64,000 nt of DNA from Schmidtea polychroa (GCA_044892525.1 CM097887.1:18662001-18726000); one strand, 5' to 3'; shown: positions 26,971 through 41,381, numbered from the stretch's first letter. Made by a program: numbers and translations. The notes: generated from the sequence alone by a model not told the origin.

Positions 26971-27528
26971 GGATTTTAGATATTTTATTTTATAAATCTT
27001 TGTAAATCTAGCCTTTTCTTATTTATTTGTTTTATAAATGTAAATAGTAAAAAAGTTAATTAGAAATCTTATCTTAAAATAAATTTTTAGCCTAAAGTAA
27101 ATTTAAATTGAGATTTTTTAATTAAATATCAAATTATTAATAAAGTGTTTTGTTTTATTATTTTAAACAATTAATGTTTTTATTTTAGGTTCATTTAAAA
27201 TATGTCGACTTTTAATGTAAGTGTAATTTTGAAATTAATTTAAATATTCATTTTAGAAAAATCCAGCGAAGAATATTAATCAAAATTTTGAAGGTAAATT
27301 TTTATGACAAAAATTAATCTAATGTAAATTAATTTTTAATGGAATAAATTTAATTTTATTAAATTTTTAGTGTTACTAAATTTTAAGTATTAAACTTTAA
27401 TTTTATCGATTTTGTAATTAACTTAATTTGAAAAATTATCGTTAATGAAATCTAATTTTAGATGAATCTATTTATGATGAACTTTAATATTATGAATATT
27501 AGGGGACTATCTTTATCCCTTTATTTAT

Positions 27529-28830
27529 TGGTGGGTTACATGTATTATATACATTTTACCCTTTCTTGCTGTTTGGAGCGTAACCCAGAATACAATCATG
27601 TATCTTACCGCTTGGTATACCGTGGAGTGATCAACGTTGGTGATGTAGTGGGTGAGTGCTCGCAGAAAGTGAGCGTACTGTAATTGTCGGTCACTCGTTG
27701 GGTCCACGGACTGTCGATAGAAGATTTATGTCCGATTTACTTTGTACCCCTCAGTTAAATTGTTTTCCCAAAATCCACAAACTCGTCAACATTCAAATCA
27801 AGCCGCCATCAAAGCATACTCGTGAAATTAAACATTTGTTGGTTATTGAGTTGGTGATAATTTAAATGTTACTATGACTCCAAACGTGTCTTTATACGAT
27901 CCACAAATAACACTGGACAACAGAAATCTTTATTGATAATCACAAATAAACTTTCACTTTACACTTACAATAAATTCAACACTTTGCTTGGTGACTATAC
28001 AAGTTTCTCTTTATATAGTTTGCTTCTATTGTCGCACTCAAGATAATCAAGTGTTTTTCCACTTTCTTACTCCTGCTTTCCCAGACTGTTCCATTTTTAT
28101 CTCTGGCGGCTTTCAACCTATTTTCACTTTTCCTTTTTTTGTTAAACCGCCTTCTCCCAGCACTTCTGTTATCACTGACAAGCTGTCGAGATAAGAGTAT
28201 TGTTGTTTTTTCTATTTCCCCAATTTCGAAATTCCTTTTTCTTTTTGTACTAATTAATTAGTACTGACCTTGGTTTTTATTTTCATGTTTGATTACTTTT
28301 GTTTCCTTCCTCATTCCTCATTTCTTTTTTCTTCCGCTTTCTTTTTTGAGTTCCCATAGATCGTCTCGTTTGTCATGACGATCTTCCCCCAGGTAATTTT
28401 ATTTATTTATTTATAAATTATTATTTAGGTATCCTCAACACATTTATATTTACACAAGCACTTAGTACACCAGATTTCTATCTACAAAGTCATATTATAA
28501 ATGAGTTGTTTCTTGTTCTTCCCGGTGATCCTGCTCGGCTAGACAGAGTCTCTTCGGTCGACTCTGTCGTCACGACCCAGACTCCTTCGTTTAGATTGAT
28601 CTTGCTGGGTAGGCGGATGGATTTCGGTCAGCTCTGTAGGCATGGGTAGGATGGCTGCTGCAACATGAGCGTCAATGGTCTTCTTATTCTGTTGGGTCTC
28701 CAGGGATCGAACTTGGATAATTGGTGCGCGGATCTCAGTTTTATCCTGTGCTTTTTGCAGTGGAGCTGCTCAATCAGCTTGAACCGTTTCTTCATTTCTC
28801 GAGTTCTCGGCACGCCCCTTGAAATTAATA
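27529..28830 (-). mobile_element. Element M4: truncated, divergent M copy with nested L LTR
   Basis: TGGTGGGTTAC terminus at 27529 and 3' motif (ATCACCAA bulge); decayed ORF2 (CRELE..EMKKR..KRRSLGR) at about 28500-28815. Confidence 0.75.
27837..28440 (-). mobile_element. Family L solo LTR (604 bp)
   Basis: TGTTG...CAACA; TSD CATT/CATT; minus-strand TATA followed by AATAAA (U3-R-U5 order). Confidence 0.9.
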
Positions 28831-31800
28831 ATCCGGCCTAATTAGCCGTATTTGTACGTTGAAATTTAGGTATTTATTTTATTTTTAATTTTGTGTAACG
28901 CCTAGAAGATCCGTCACGCTGTTGACAAGTATTCGGACCAAGTTATATGTTTGAACTCGAGTTGTGACTGCTCAAAGAGGCGAGATCGTCGATTTCTGAT
29001 GGATTTCCTGAGCAAAAATTTGAGATTAGCCGTTGGTAATTTGGTTTGTTTACTTTCTAAATATAATTTTAGCTATACCTAGTTTCAAGCATATACCTAA
29101 AGGTGATTAGCTAATTTCTTTACTCAATTCTCACGATAAAATTCAAGCCCACTTACGGGAAGTTTGACGTTTACAAGATATGGCAAATTATTTATGTACC
29201 CAATTGTTTCGCAAATTTCAACTCGCTCCACGCTCCTAAACTTTTTAGTTCAAGTAAGATTGCTTTTTTCTCCTTTCTCCCTTTTTATCAAAAAAAATTA
29301 TACAAAGCATCTTAACATAAAGTTATAGTAAACCTACAAATCAATATTGATTAAATTATTCATCATTATTAATAATATTTTACTAGTTGTTTAACCGTTG
29401 TTCTTTTCTGTGAATTTTTGATACAAATAAATGTTTATGGGCATTAGTTGGAGTTAATGTTTTCAGATTGTTAGCCGCGACAACTTCGAATTCATGTTCA
29501 ATCTCCATAATTAATAAATTAACCAAATAAAATTAATTTTAATAATTCAATAAATTTATTTTATTCACAAAACTACGCTTTTTTGTAATATTCAAACAAT
29601 CTGTTCGAGGCTTTTTTATTATTTTAATTTTGATGCTGATTTCAATGCTGGTTTAATTTATTTTAATATTTAATATATTTTAATTTATTTTTATATTTTA
29701 AACTTACTTTAATTTATTAATTTAAATATTTATATAAAAATTTATGTAATCTGATAAATACAATTTAAATGTTTATTAGCAATATTCAGTTTTAACTTAA
29801 ACGTGAATTATGCCCTTTCACAGATATTTGATCGTTCCATACAAACAAATGNNNNNNNNNNNNNNNNNNNNNNNNNNNNNNNNNNNNNNNNNNNNNNNNN
29901 NNNNNNNNNNNNNNNNNNNNNNNNNNNNNNNNNNNNNNNNNNNNNNNNNNNNNNNNNNNNNNNNNNNNNNNNNNNNNNNNNNNNNNNNNNNNNNNNNNNN
30001 NNNNNNNNNNNNGAAGCTTGAAAGTTAATTACAGAACTTAAGAATTACTATTAGCATTTGTTGTTACTGTAAAATTTATCTGGTGGGGTTTGGTAGATTA
30101 TTCCCCAAATCTAAAATTAAATGCACCTTTAAAAAAAATATTTTAATTTAACTTCAACACAAAATATCAAATTATTTAGTTGACTTAATTATATGAAAAG
30201 GATGTACTATGATTTCAATTCGACTTATTGTTGATACTTCAATCTCGAATCTTGAGAAAATTTACTGTGCTATATTATCAATAAACAATGAGCGTCAACG
30301 GAATTAGTCCAATAAATCTAATGAAGCCGGATGGACTAATTCACATGATATAGCAATTACGGTTAGTTTAGTGATTGCCGGTTGCACTTGGTTTTTTCTC
30401 TATTGAACTCCTGAATCCAAGGCTCTCATCAAATGATACACATCTACTGCATTTAACCAAAACCGCAAATCGTGCTGAATTGCTTATAGTACCGATGATA
30501 GTATTTAATTCAATATCCGTTCGATTATGTGTTTATTTTATAAAGCTCTGTTTAGGTTTATTTTCAATTCCGATTGATCAGGAATCCATCCGTCTCGCGA
30601 GTGCACAGGACAAAATATATGATTTTGACACTTGTTGGTACACCTTTGCTAGGTTCACATGTTCGAATATCGTTCTGCATTGTTTGTGTGAATTGATAGA
30701 ATCTTAACTCTCGCGTGTTTCTTATCATTCAATAGAAGACAATTCGAGTTGGAGATTACAATGTTTGAAATTCATCGATGCTGAACGAATCAAAAGACAG
30801 TGATCCGAAATCTCTGAATATGGCTTATATCTACAGTGTTAGGTGCAATTCTCGGTATTTGTTCCAGTCAGGTATAATTCCTGTAATCAATAACGATACA
30901 TCTATTTATGGTTTTTATTGTAGTAAAAGGTTTAACAGATGAAGGAAAGATTGAAGGCATAGGAAACACGCCAATACAGTTATAAAGCTCAGAACTACTC
31001 TAATTCCTGATGAAAACAAATCAATTTCGTTTATTTGTATATGTGTGGTACTTACATTGATCTTATTTCAGGTTGTTATAATTCCTTTGCTATTCGTTTC
31101 CAGTATATTCATCACTCAAAGATCTATGTACAATTCAGTGCGCTACTGTCGATATATATTAAATGGTGCAAAATTTCTTCAATTCCTGAATAAAATCGTG
31201 TGGACGATCAAATGTGTATTCCATCATTACTCTTACTTCACATTACAAATTTTGTAATTATATTTATTGGAGTTTATTATTTTCATAAATCTGGGAAACA
31301 TGGAATTTTCTTATTGTGTTATATTATAAACGTTTTAATCTGAATCATTTATTCTAATTATGACAAATTGAAGTGTTCTATAGCATGGGTAGAACATTAA
31401 TTATATATATTAAACTTCAAATTAGCTAGATTTTGTTCAAAGTGAAGTACAAATAAATTAATCAAAAAAATTTTGATTTTTGTTAATAATAGTATTAATA
31501 GACTGTCTGAAATATAAAAGGTGGTTGAAGCGATTTTTTATACAAAATTATGAACCGAATTAAGATAATTAAAATGATTATGAAATCAATGGTTAAATTG
31601 ATTATCTATAAAATTAAGGACTCAAATAATCCAACCATCAAAATTGTCATGAATTGCAGTGATTATATACTTAAAATTATGAAGTATAAAGGCTGGAGTT
31701 AAACAAATAAAAGAGTGGACTAATGGATGATAACATATTTTAAGGTTGAAGATATCTGACTTAAATGGGGTATCTATTTTAAAGATCGTACGTACATTGG

Positions 31801-31952
31801 AAATTATTGATCAGATCCTCAATCAAGCACTGGACGATATTGACAACCTTATAAGGATCAATTGATTGCGGATAAACATATTCATGCACAAATCCCATAT
31901 CACAATTTACATACGCTGTTGAAATATGGATTAAAATTTCAAGATTCTTCAT

Positions 31953-32354
31953 TTAATGACACGTTTCCATCAGCTTAATAACGGGTATTACATTCATTTC
32001 TGTCGTCAAATTTAACGGCTCATTAAATCTGACAGTGGCAGCAGCATGTATGATAACAGATACATTGTTTAATAATTCATTTAAATCGTTATAATTTAAA
32101 CCAAAATTAACATCAGTTACATTTTCAGCAAATGCTGTAATTTTATTAAGTGCTTTGGGATTTTCTATTCTGACTAAATCTATTCTGACTAAATCGAGAA
32201 ACTCTGATGATAAAAGCTTGGCTAATCTTTCGGCTACTGATGCGCCTTCTGATCTTAATAATTTTTCAATAAATGATTTACCTAATAATCCCGTAGCACC
32301 ACTTATAAAAATTGCTTTATTATCATAAAAATCTATAATGCTTCTAATTACCAT
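31953..32354 (-). pseudogene. Fatty acyl-CoA reductase N-terminal fragment inside intron 2
   Basis: IFISGATGLLGKSFIEKLLRS and IIHAAATVRFNEPL are FAR motifs; internal deletion and premature stop at 133 aa. Confidence 0.8.
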
Positions 32355-32570
32355 CTTTTTGGATATTGATATTTAACAATAAGTCACTAAATAAGAATAT
32401 TTATTTTGAAATCACCAAAAATAGCAATATTTAAACAAATGAATTATTTCAACATAATATAAATGTTTTTTTTTATTTTCAATTTAAGTTTTTTGATATT
32501 TTTAATTCACTACAGTGTGTTTTGTAAAATTCAGTGATTCTGTAATCATGTTCATTATGTATACCCGTTG

Positions 32571-32572
<2 letters not shown>

Positions 32573-32613
<41 letters not shown>
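32573..32613. repeat. (TA)n microsatellite
   Basis: Perfect dinucleotide run. Confidence 0.95.
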
Positions 32614-32616
<3 letters not shown>

Positions 32617-34181
32617 TGTGTTATCATTATTGGCCCCAATATTTTGTAATATACACAGGAGGTATTGGGTCAGACTTGACATAGCATCCTACTTTCCATA
32701 CATTTTTCGTTCTTCAAGATGATTGTGTCTCTGTATATTTTTGAAAAATTATTGCAGATAGTCTTCTCTTCTGTACTATATGCTGACATTCGTTATTTGG
32801 TGAAACGAGTTACTATCATCATTATGAGAAATATTTTTTAAAAAACGGTTAAAATCTTACCGCGTAAAATTTAAGATATTTAAGAATTTAAGTTTAAAAG
32901 CGTAAACTGAATGACAACTTTTATATAAAATTTTCTGGAACATTTTTATAAAAAAATATTGAAAAAACTTCTGGAAATATTATGAAATTATTATAAGTAT
33001 GAAATTTTAATTGAATGTTGAATTTGTATGAACGTTCTATTTAAATTATTTTGAAGTGTTTCAAAAATATTCTTTTAAATAATAACAAGAACATCAACTG
33101 GATTTTGACAAGTTTTCATTAAATAATCTTAAATTTTTATTTAGAAACATTGAGTCAGGCGACTTAAATACAATAATAGCTCATTTTCATTAGGATTACA
33201 TTTCTTTCGACTTTCATCCTTTTTAAATAAATATATTTTAAATTATTGCAGCTATTTACATTGTTCATTTATTTAAAACAACTTTACTCATTTATTAGGA
33301 CTTGTCGACCTCATTTGGTAATTTGGGATTCGGTATAGATTGCAATGCCATAGATGTCGAAAGGTTAAACATTATGAGAGTAGAGTTGTGCAACACTTCA
33401 TGTATTGATTAAATGTAAAATATGATAATAATACACTGGCAAAAACATGCTTTAAAGAACCATATATAAAGGTCATCAATAGATTTTTATTCCTTTTGCA
33501 TAGTGAGTGTCATTATTATCTAAATTTTATTTATAATTATTTTTATAAGTATTTTAAAAGTATTTTATTTATTAAGCACTGCTTTCTAATTTAGATGTCC
33601 GAGATTCAAGTAAACTATCTGAAATATAATGTACCGTCCGAGTGCGTGACGATTTCTCACCAATTGTTATGGCATCAGTCGATAGTTTTTTTAACCACTT
33701 CTGTGGTCAACCTCTTGGTAAAAAGTGGGTCTAATTGTTCTCGAAAGATCAAATTACGACATGTGTTACTCAACGCGTGCGATGCATTCTCTGCTCTCGA
33801 GCAAATCACTTTAAAAAGTTTCGTGTACGATTTGCCCGAATCCAGTTCGGGCAAATCGTTGTGTTAGCAAAATACTTACCGAATTGTGTTCGGGCAAATC
33901 ACACAAGGGGTTAATATTAATTTAACATTAATCTTCAAATAGAGAATATGAAAGACGGCAATTATGCTACCATTTCCGATGACGAAACAACTACGACTCT
34001 GATCAAAATTTCAGATGATGATTGTAAAAGATTAATTTTATAGAAAATAATTTTTAAAAACAATTTTAGAATATCTCCCGGAAATTACGAATGAAGATAA
34101 TATTCAAATTGATTCCACAATGACCGATGAGCAAATAAATATGATTTGTATGTGATTGATACAGTACAAAATCTGAGCGAT

Positions 34182-34198
34182 TTATTATAATTATTATA

Positions 34199-34256
<58 letters not shown>
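34182..34256. repeat. (TTA)n microsatellite
   Basis: Trinucleotide run; explains the poly-N ORF at 34085-34312. Confidence 0.95.
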
Positions 34257-34258
<2 letters not shown>

Positions 34259-34807
34259 AATAATAAATAACATACCAGTTATATTTAATTTATGAAAGTT
34301 TATTAAGAGCAAGTTGATAATCTGTTGGAAAATATAACCTGGTACAATCTGTCAAAACGACAACGCTTATCTCTTTAAAATTGAATTACATAAATCTTTG
34401 CCATACCATAATAGCAATTTTCCTGTTTTCTTTCCCTCCTTCCATTGCATCATATGAAAGATAAATAATTCAATTTCATTTGATACCCGAAATCTCCTTA
34501 TCTCAAAAAGAAACTTAATAGTAATAATAATAACTCATGATAGTGGGAATTTCAGCAGTTATTAATCAGGGAAGAGGGTAGGAGAAAGAAGTGAGAAGGA
34601 TGGGAATTACGGCGAAATGTCATTGCCAAGTGTGGCACAGAATAGACCAGGACAACGAATGGTGCTATTCATTAGGAATTGTTTGCAACAAACTAAAAGT
34701 GTGTCAATTGGTACTTATTTACGTTAGTAGGTTAATTAAGTCATTTGTATTTTATTTAAATGACATTACCAGGGACCTTTCATCGACCCAATCATATTAC
34801 AGGGTTT

Positions 34808-34914
34808 CCAAAAAAGTTTCATCCTTTTCCAAAAAAGTTTCATCCTTTTCCAGAAAAGTTTCATCCTTTTTCAAAAAAGTTTCATCCTTTCCCAAAAAAG
34901 TTTCATATTTTTCC
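34808..34914. repeat. 21-bp tandem repeat x5
   Basis: Unit CCAAAAAAGTTTCATCCTTTT. Confidence 0.9.
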
Positions 34915-35044
34915 ACAAAATTTCAACCTCAAATGTAGAAATATTAATATTAATGAAAAATCAAAGATAAAATCAATGTTATTTTATGAATTCTTTAAAT
35001 TTCCCGCCATTTTTGAGGATATAATAAAGCATATTTAAGCCCCA

Positions 35045-35180
35045 ATGGCACCAAGAACAAGACTCACTGACCATCTCAGAGAACTTATATGCGCAAATAC
35101 AATGCCTTAAAACCGATTGTTAAAATTGCCGAAGAGTTGGAATTGAATGTTAAAACGGTTACAGCAGTCATTAAAATATA
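35045..35180 (+). mobile_element. Tc1-like transposase N-terminal HTH remnant
   Basis: MAPRTRLTDHLRELI / IVKIAEELELNVKTVTAVIK, frameshifted. Confidence 0.45.
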
Positions 35181-36331
35181 AATTGTGTAAATTACGGGAT
35201 CGTTTCTAATTTTTTATTTTACATTTTATTTCTATTACAAATTATTAATAATATCTCCTCTAATAACGACTGATCTATTCGATTTCATTTTTCAGATAAA
35301 ATTCATTTCAGAGTTGAGAAAACTCCTTCAACTGAAAACTGGCTAGCAAGGTATAGTCAACACGAATTTATCAATTTTTTAGATTAGTGAATTTTTATTG
35401 TGCCAAAATTCGAATATACGTTTGTATTTACTGGCATAATTTTCATGTTATCAAAATTCTCGAATAATGCAGAAATATTAACTGTTTTTCAATTAAAAGG
35501 TTGATTTAATTTTGCTGTCACATTGAGTTAAAATGTCTATGTTATCTTCAACTTTTTCAATTAATTCAGAATCATCTCCAGTGTTTTAATCAAGTACCAG
35601 TGAATGTTTATATGGATACTAAAGGTGTTTTTGTAAATTCTNNNNNNNNNNNNNNNNNNNNNNNNNNNNNNNNNNNNNNNNNNNNNNNNNNNNNNNNNNN
35701 NNNNNNNNNNNNNNNNNNNNNNNNNNNNNNNNNNNNNNNNNNNNNNNNNNNNNNNNNNNNNNNNNNNNNNNNNNNNNNNNNNNNNNNNNNNNNNNNNNNN
35801 NNNNNNNNNNNNNNNNNNNNNNNNNNNNNNNNNNNNNNNNNNNNNNNNNNNGAAGAGGGTAGGAGAAAGAAGTGAGAAATTTTTACCCTTCATTTCAGCA
35901 TTCAAAAGTAAATTTTATATGATTATTATTAACATTATAATTTATGCACTATCAAATATTGATTTTATTTATGTTTTCTTTGAATTCTTTTTCAAATTGT
36001 ATTTTATATTTCATTCAAGATATCATGACGAGCATTTTTGATTTTATTCATTCGGGATTTTGTCGTTAACTTTGATTTTCATTTGTAACTTCTTGTTAAT
36101 GTAATGACTTTTAATTTTAGGACTTCGTTTTCATTTACTGTCACATGGCAGTAGGTAGTAGAATCTACCTATGATGACTAGCAGGAGCAGTATTGGTAAT
36201 GGTCTGTTGGCAGTTTGTTCCCCAGTCTTTCCTATCCTCACCCATCTGTTAATGAGGTTAGCCATGGAAAGGATTTAACTATAACATAATGGGCAAGGAG
36301 AGAAAAGTTTTATTAATCATAACAAAAGAAA

Positions 36332-37246
36332 TGTTGGGTTATTGGGTTGGTGGCAATATTTATAATAACAATTCTCAAACTAAATAAACATTTATTGATT
36401 ATCACAATTGATTACACGAATGATAACAACACAAATAGGTAATTACACAGAGTTTATTACGACACGACGTGAGGAATAATAACTCTATTCGTATTATTCC
36501 CAATTACTAAACAATCACCAACAGCTGGTCTGATTCAATAATTTGGTAAATTGAATTGAATTCTCCTTTGCTTTGACTTGAATTTATTCATTATACTTTA
36601 AACCTTTTTTATTGAACCAATTTTAGCACAAAAGTTTAATTCCAACATTTTCTCTTCTTTCCAATTTTTAATTTTCTCTACTGTTGAATTCCGAATTATT
36701 TTCTAAACTATCCTATTAATTTTTCCTCGACCACTAATTTCTGATTCCATTAAGAAGACTTTTGCTTTAATATCCTGCACTTGTCCGATACTGGTGATAA
36801 TTCATTTTTTCATTCCTGTCTCTCCATAATTTGTTCAGCTGCTGTGTTATCACTGACAGTTCACCACTCGGGATAATTTGTCATTTTTTCCATTTCTACT
36901 TCTGGCATTTTCCATACTTTTTTTCTATTTCCCACGTTATCTCTGAAAGTTCGGAGATGCCGATTTTGTTTTTGTTTTCCAATTTTGGAATTCCTTTTTG
37001 GTTTCTTGCATTAATTATTTATAAGTGACCTTTCTCCGCTTTATTGTTGCTTTTCTTTTTTTTTGTTATTCCATCCTCATTTCTCAATTTTTTGCTTCGC
37101 TGTTTAATTCTCCAAGTTTCAGAGTGCTATTGATAGTCGAGGAAGCGTTGGAAAATGTTGAAGAACTATTAAAAGAATATTTATCTGTCTCCTAGTTTTC
37201 CCCTTACTTATTTATAATATTATGTATTATTTAGGTATCCTCAACA
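36332..37246 (-). mobile_element. Family L solo LTR, divergent
   Basis: TGTTGGGTTATTGGGTTGG start, AGGTATCCTCAACA end; flanks do not match as a TSD. Confidence 0.65.
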
Positions 37247-39902
37247 TATATATACAATTGTAATGAGTAAACCCTGGTGTCGATAGAGAAATTACCTCAA
37301 TTTCGTCGTATTCAAACTAAACAGCGATTTCGCTGGTATCTGTAAGTTCATCGAAATGGCCACATCATTAGAGAAATTATCATTAGACCTGGACACGATC
37401 AAGTTGGTGGTCACCCGCAAAAGCTAGTCCCCAGTATAAGGACTGCTAATGCACTGACGCACCTTCGGGTTCACGGGCTTACCATTGAATGTGTGCTGTC
37501 CAATATTTCCATATTGATTTCTCCTAACTCTTTACCCTCGACTTACCTTTCAGATTTTATGTCAAAGATTTTAAGTAACGAAGTAAAATGTGAAGAATAT
37601 GTTGGGCTAAAGTTTAGAGTGGAAAAAACTGGATTAAATAGAGAAACGAACCTCGAAAAAATAAATAAAATAAAATAAAAAATAAATTTACCATCAAATC
37701 CCAGTAGTAAATAAGGAGAAACAATAAAATACTCATAAAAGAAATAAGAATAGGGGACAAATTAATAAAACCCCTAAGATTACGAGATAAATCAAGGAGA
37801 AACGATTTAAAACACACACTGAATAAAATAGAATTAGAATAAGCAAAAAAGGTGAGAAAATAAATGAGAAATTAAAGCAATAAATAAAAATAAAACTATT
37901 TTTAATTAAAAACAAAAAAATTATATTGTTATAAAGTAGCAATAAACCAGCAGGAAAAATAGGAGGAAAATAGTAAAAATAAGAAAATAAATAAAATAAT
38001 AAGAAATAAGTTAGTTATTAAAAAATCTAATATAGTATAATAAAAACATAAAAATAACAATAAATAACGAAATTACAAGCTAGTCGCGTCCTGATTGGAC
38101 GGAAAATAGTATATAAGCAACGGAAAATATCTGTAGAGTACCATTTAACCGCTATACTCTACAGGTAAAATTTTATTGTTTTTAACTTGACCATTTAACC
38201 GCTATATTCTACAGCAACCAATTTTCGGATATTACCTTAGAAGACACTCTACAAACGTTACGAATCTGCAAAAACTTTATTACAGCGAACTAGTTCCAGA
38301 ATTCTAATTCAAACTCTAGGAAGAAATCCATAGTAAATTTAGCGACAAACTTATTCAGGAGAAATTTTAGTTTTCAGCCAATTTGATCCGGTTTTGAAAC
38401 TCAAAGTATGTTAAGTCGTTTATGAGTCAATTTAGTAAATTTTTGAATGGTTTAATTTTGTATGGTTAAATTTTTGTAAATATAATGATAAATTTCAGAA
38501 AATAAATTTATTTAAAAGAAAACAGCTTTCTTCATGGTGCTGGCGACTGTACCATCTGGTAACTTCAAGTATGATGCGGATGAGAGGAAATAGCTACGAG
38601 GAATTTTCATGATATGCATTCAGAAGACGTTGAAAAGACATTGGGTTCTTAGAGAATACGATACTGGTCGATGAGACGTCCACCAATGCGACGATCGAGA
38701 GAATGATTAGATGGAGAGAGACATCATATGATAGCCCAAATGATAGGGTCGCCGGGTAGATTTTACTTATTCATTATTTCGTAAATATATTTCGATCATT
38801 ATGAATTATATGCAAATTAACAATTTTTTTTTTGAATGCGAAGGAGTTGATTGGTCCCTCATGACGTTGCAAGAATGGCGGCAGCAATGAATGCCTTCTT
38901 GGGTGTGTCATGGGGGGTGATGAGACTCAGTAGGTTGAGACGTCGATTTTCCCTCACCGATTGCGATTGTTAGTAGGGTACTCCATTGTTATATTCTGTC
39001 GTATCAAATTTCCAATAGCTGCGGAGACGATTTAGATTTCAAAAAAGAGACAATTCATATTGGAAAATCATGTTTACATTAGTGCTGATTAGGGAAAACC
39101 TGCATAGGTAGAGGAACACTTTTCTTGATTCAGCTTACCGACCAGAGATTGGAAGAGGACCTTGTTGATCATAAATTATGAATAAATCTAACAAATTTCC
39201 ATAATACGATGCCTTTTGAGATGTCAGCTGATCTGGATCGCCAGAGCATTAGCGACGAAACCCATCGACGATGTACTTTTAGTCTACAATATTGACTTTT
39301 GAGTTGCTGATAAGCACCGTTTTCCGAAAATTAAGGTAAACAAACCATGAGAAATTATCAGAAATCTTACGATAGAGATGAGAGAAATTACTGACAGAAT
39401 TATCGGTTACGCTTGTATTGACTTGAGGAATCACTGTGGGAGTTATCTGCTAATTGACAAATGAATTGCAGCCAGATTATAACCAACATAATTTAACGAT
39501 CGACTAAACCAGATAGAGTTGATAACCGGTTAACTCCAAAATGATTTGTTTAAGCGGAGCGGGGGTAGACGTTGTTTTGAGTGACCGTTGATAAGCGAAT
39601 TAGATTATGATTCCCAGCTCATTTCACCAGTTACCGAATTGCCACACGCTATCCAAGGCTGATGCTCATATAATATCTAGTAGCAATTCACAGCGACCGT
39701 GTGGTAAACGCATACATTCGCACACTCTATCGTGAAACTCCTTCCAGCAGGATAGCAAAATACTTGAAATAGCAGAGTTTTCGACGACGTCATAATTACA
39801 TAATAGTCTATTCACGATTTTATGAGATAGTTGGATTGTGTGTTTAAGTAGCAGGATAGATCGCTTTATTAACGACGTGATACGACCTCGAACTGCATAG
39901 AC

Positions 39903-40284
39903 CAGTGGTACGCAAACTTTTTACCTCCCGGCACAAAATAGAAAAAAAAAGTCAAGGCACAAATAGAAAGAATGTATCTTTTATATAGAATTTTTTTAAT
40001 GGAATGAAATTACATGTATATATTTTATTTAATGGGATGAGTGCGCTTGTTTTTTGTCGCAAATAAATTTTATACGTGGTTCGATTTTTGTTAAACAAAC
40101 TCGCAACTCATCATCCAACATTTTGTTTTTATTAAATAACTACAAAAAAAATATTTTAACTTCTTTTTTTTATTATAAAAACTAAAAAAAATATTTTCGT
40201 AATAAATATTTTCGCATTAGCGGCACATTTTAAATTCTTTTACGGCACACTAATATGCCGCGGCACATAGTTTGCGTACCACTG
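39903..40284. mobile_element. hAT (Buster/Charlie-type) MITE, 382 bp
   Basis: TIR CAGTGGTACGCAAAC; 8-bp TSD GCATAGAC with central TA. Confidence 0.92.
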
Positions 40285-40949
40285 GCATAGACTGTTAGGG
40301 AGAACGACAACACATGCAAGTACAAGGCTAGATTAAGCTAACCAAACCTACTAACTCGTATAATGAGAACTTAATATGACACAAGTACACGAGTAGGCGT
40401 CACTATGGAAATGAATATAGCGCGCTTTACAAACAATTTATAATCTAAATTTATGATGCATTTTGTTGTACTCTAATGTTGAATTTTCGACGTTGATCAG
40501 AATTTATACCATAAGTGTCACCGGAGTTCGACTCATTTGCATTAGGTATACACAACTCGACCAACCACGGTACTAAGAAGGGGATTTTAAATTAATTTTA
40601 GAATTACAGAGAAAGATAGAATTAACGATTAACGATCAGCTAAAGGTGAATAAATGGGGTGAATAAAGGTGAATAAATCACATCTGAATTTAAACATCGA
40701 CTCTATATTGGGTAAACTAAATTCGGTTAATTTTCCCCGTTTTCTTTCCTTAATTCATATAAATTAGTTGGGAAAATAGTGTATGATTGCCAATGAATGA
40801 TTGTGAATCGAAAAGGATGATGAGATCTGTGAGTTGTCAGTGTACGGAATGATTGGTAGAACTCCAAGTATAAGTCCCAAAATGCGACCATATCGTATTA
40901 GTAAATGTTTTCCCTTCCGAATGAACCTAACAAATGATTGACCTTCTAG

Positions 40950-41381
40950 ATGACTACATCGTCCAACAATGCCAAGGATCTTCGCCCGTGCTTCTCTTGC
41001 GCGGATAAGAGAGCAGACATCGCTCAGCTTCACTCGTACATCGGGGCGCTAAAGAAGCGAATAGACCTCTATGAAGGCACGTGGTTCTCCCCGCCACAAA
41101 TGAAAGAGGAAAGGACTAAGATCCTCAGACTAGAACACTGTAGGGACAGCCTGCTGGAAGAGAGCCGCTGTCAAAGGCTCACAATAAAGGCACAGTCAGA
41201 AGCCCTCCATAAGGTCTATACGGAGGCAGAACTAGCCAAGCGAGTGCGCGAATTTCCTGTCGTGGATGGTACGAACGTGTTCCCTCTCCACCATCAGTCG
41301 TCTACATCTTCTACCACAAGTTGTCAAGGGCACGGCTCCATCTGCCGCCCATCCCAGCCCCGGTATTGTCGGGATATCTGA
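40950..41381 (+). CDS. Element D coiled-coil ORF, distant homolog of M ORF2
   Basis: LKKRIDLYEGTWFSPPQMKEERTKILRL aligns with LKVKCRELEGTWFSPAEMKKRTTHISRL; preceded by cttctag|ATG. Confidence 0.6.
   Translation: MTTSSNNAKDLRPCFSCADKRADIAQLHSYIGALKKRIDLYEGTWFSPPQMKEERTKILRLEHCRDSLLEESRCQRLTIKAQSEALHKVYTEAELAKRVREFPVVDGTNVFPLHHQSSTSSTTSCQGHGSICRPSQPRYCRDI

Noticed and set aside
30280-31250. Possible decayed retroelement integrase on the minus strand
   Set aside because: Motif resemblance too weak to support; same for degenerate coding-like tracts at 17100-18150, 24130-26600 and 38500-39900.
34085-35038. Poly-Asn ORF and the KKVSSF/KKFHPF repeat ORFs
   Set aside because: Translations of a TTA microsatellite and a 21-bp tandem repeat.
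4198-35905. ORFs containing long X runs (4198, 4212, 4280, 9619, 20300-20316, 29803, 29810, 35561, 35600)
   Set aside because: Artefacts of the N-gaps.
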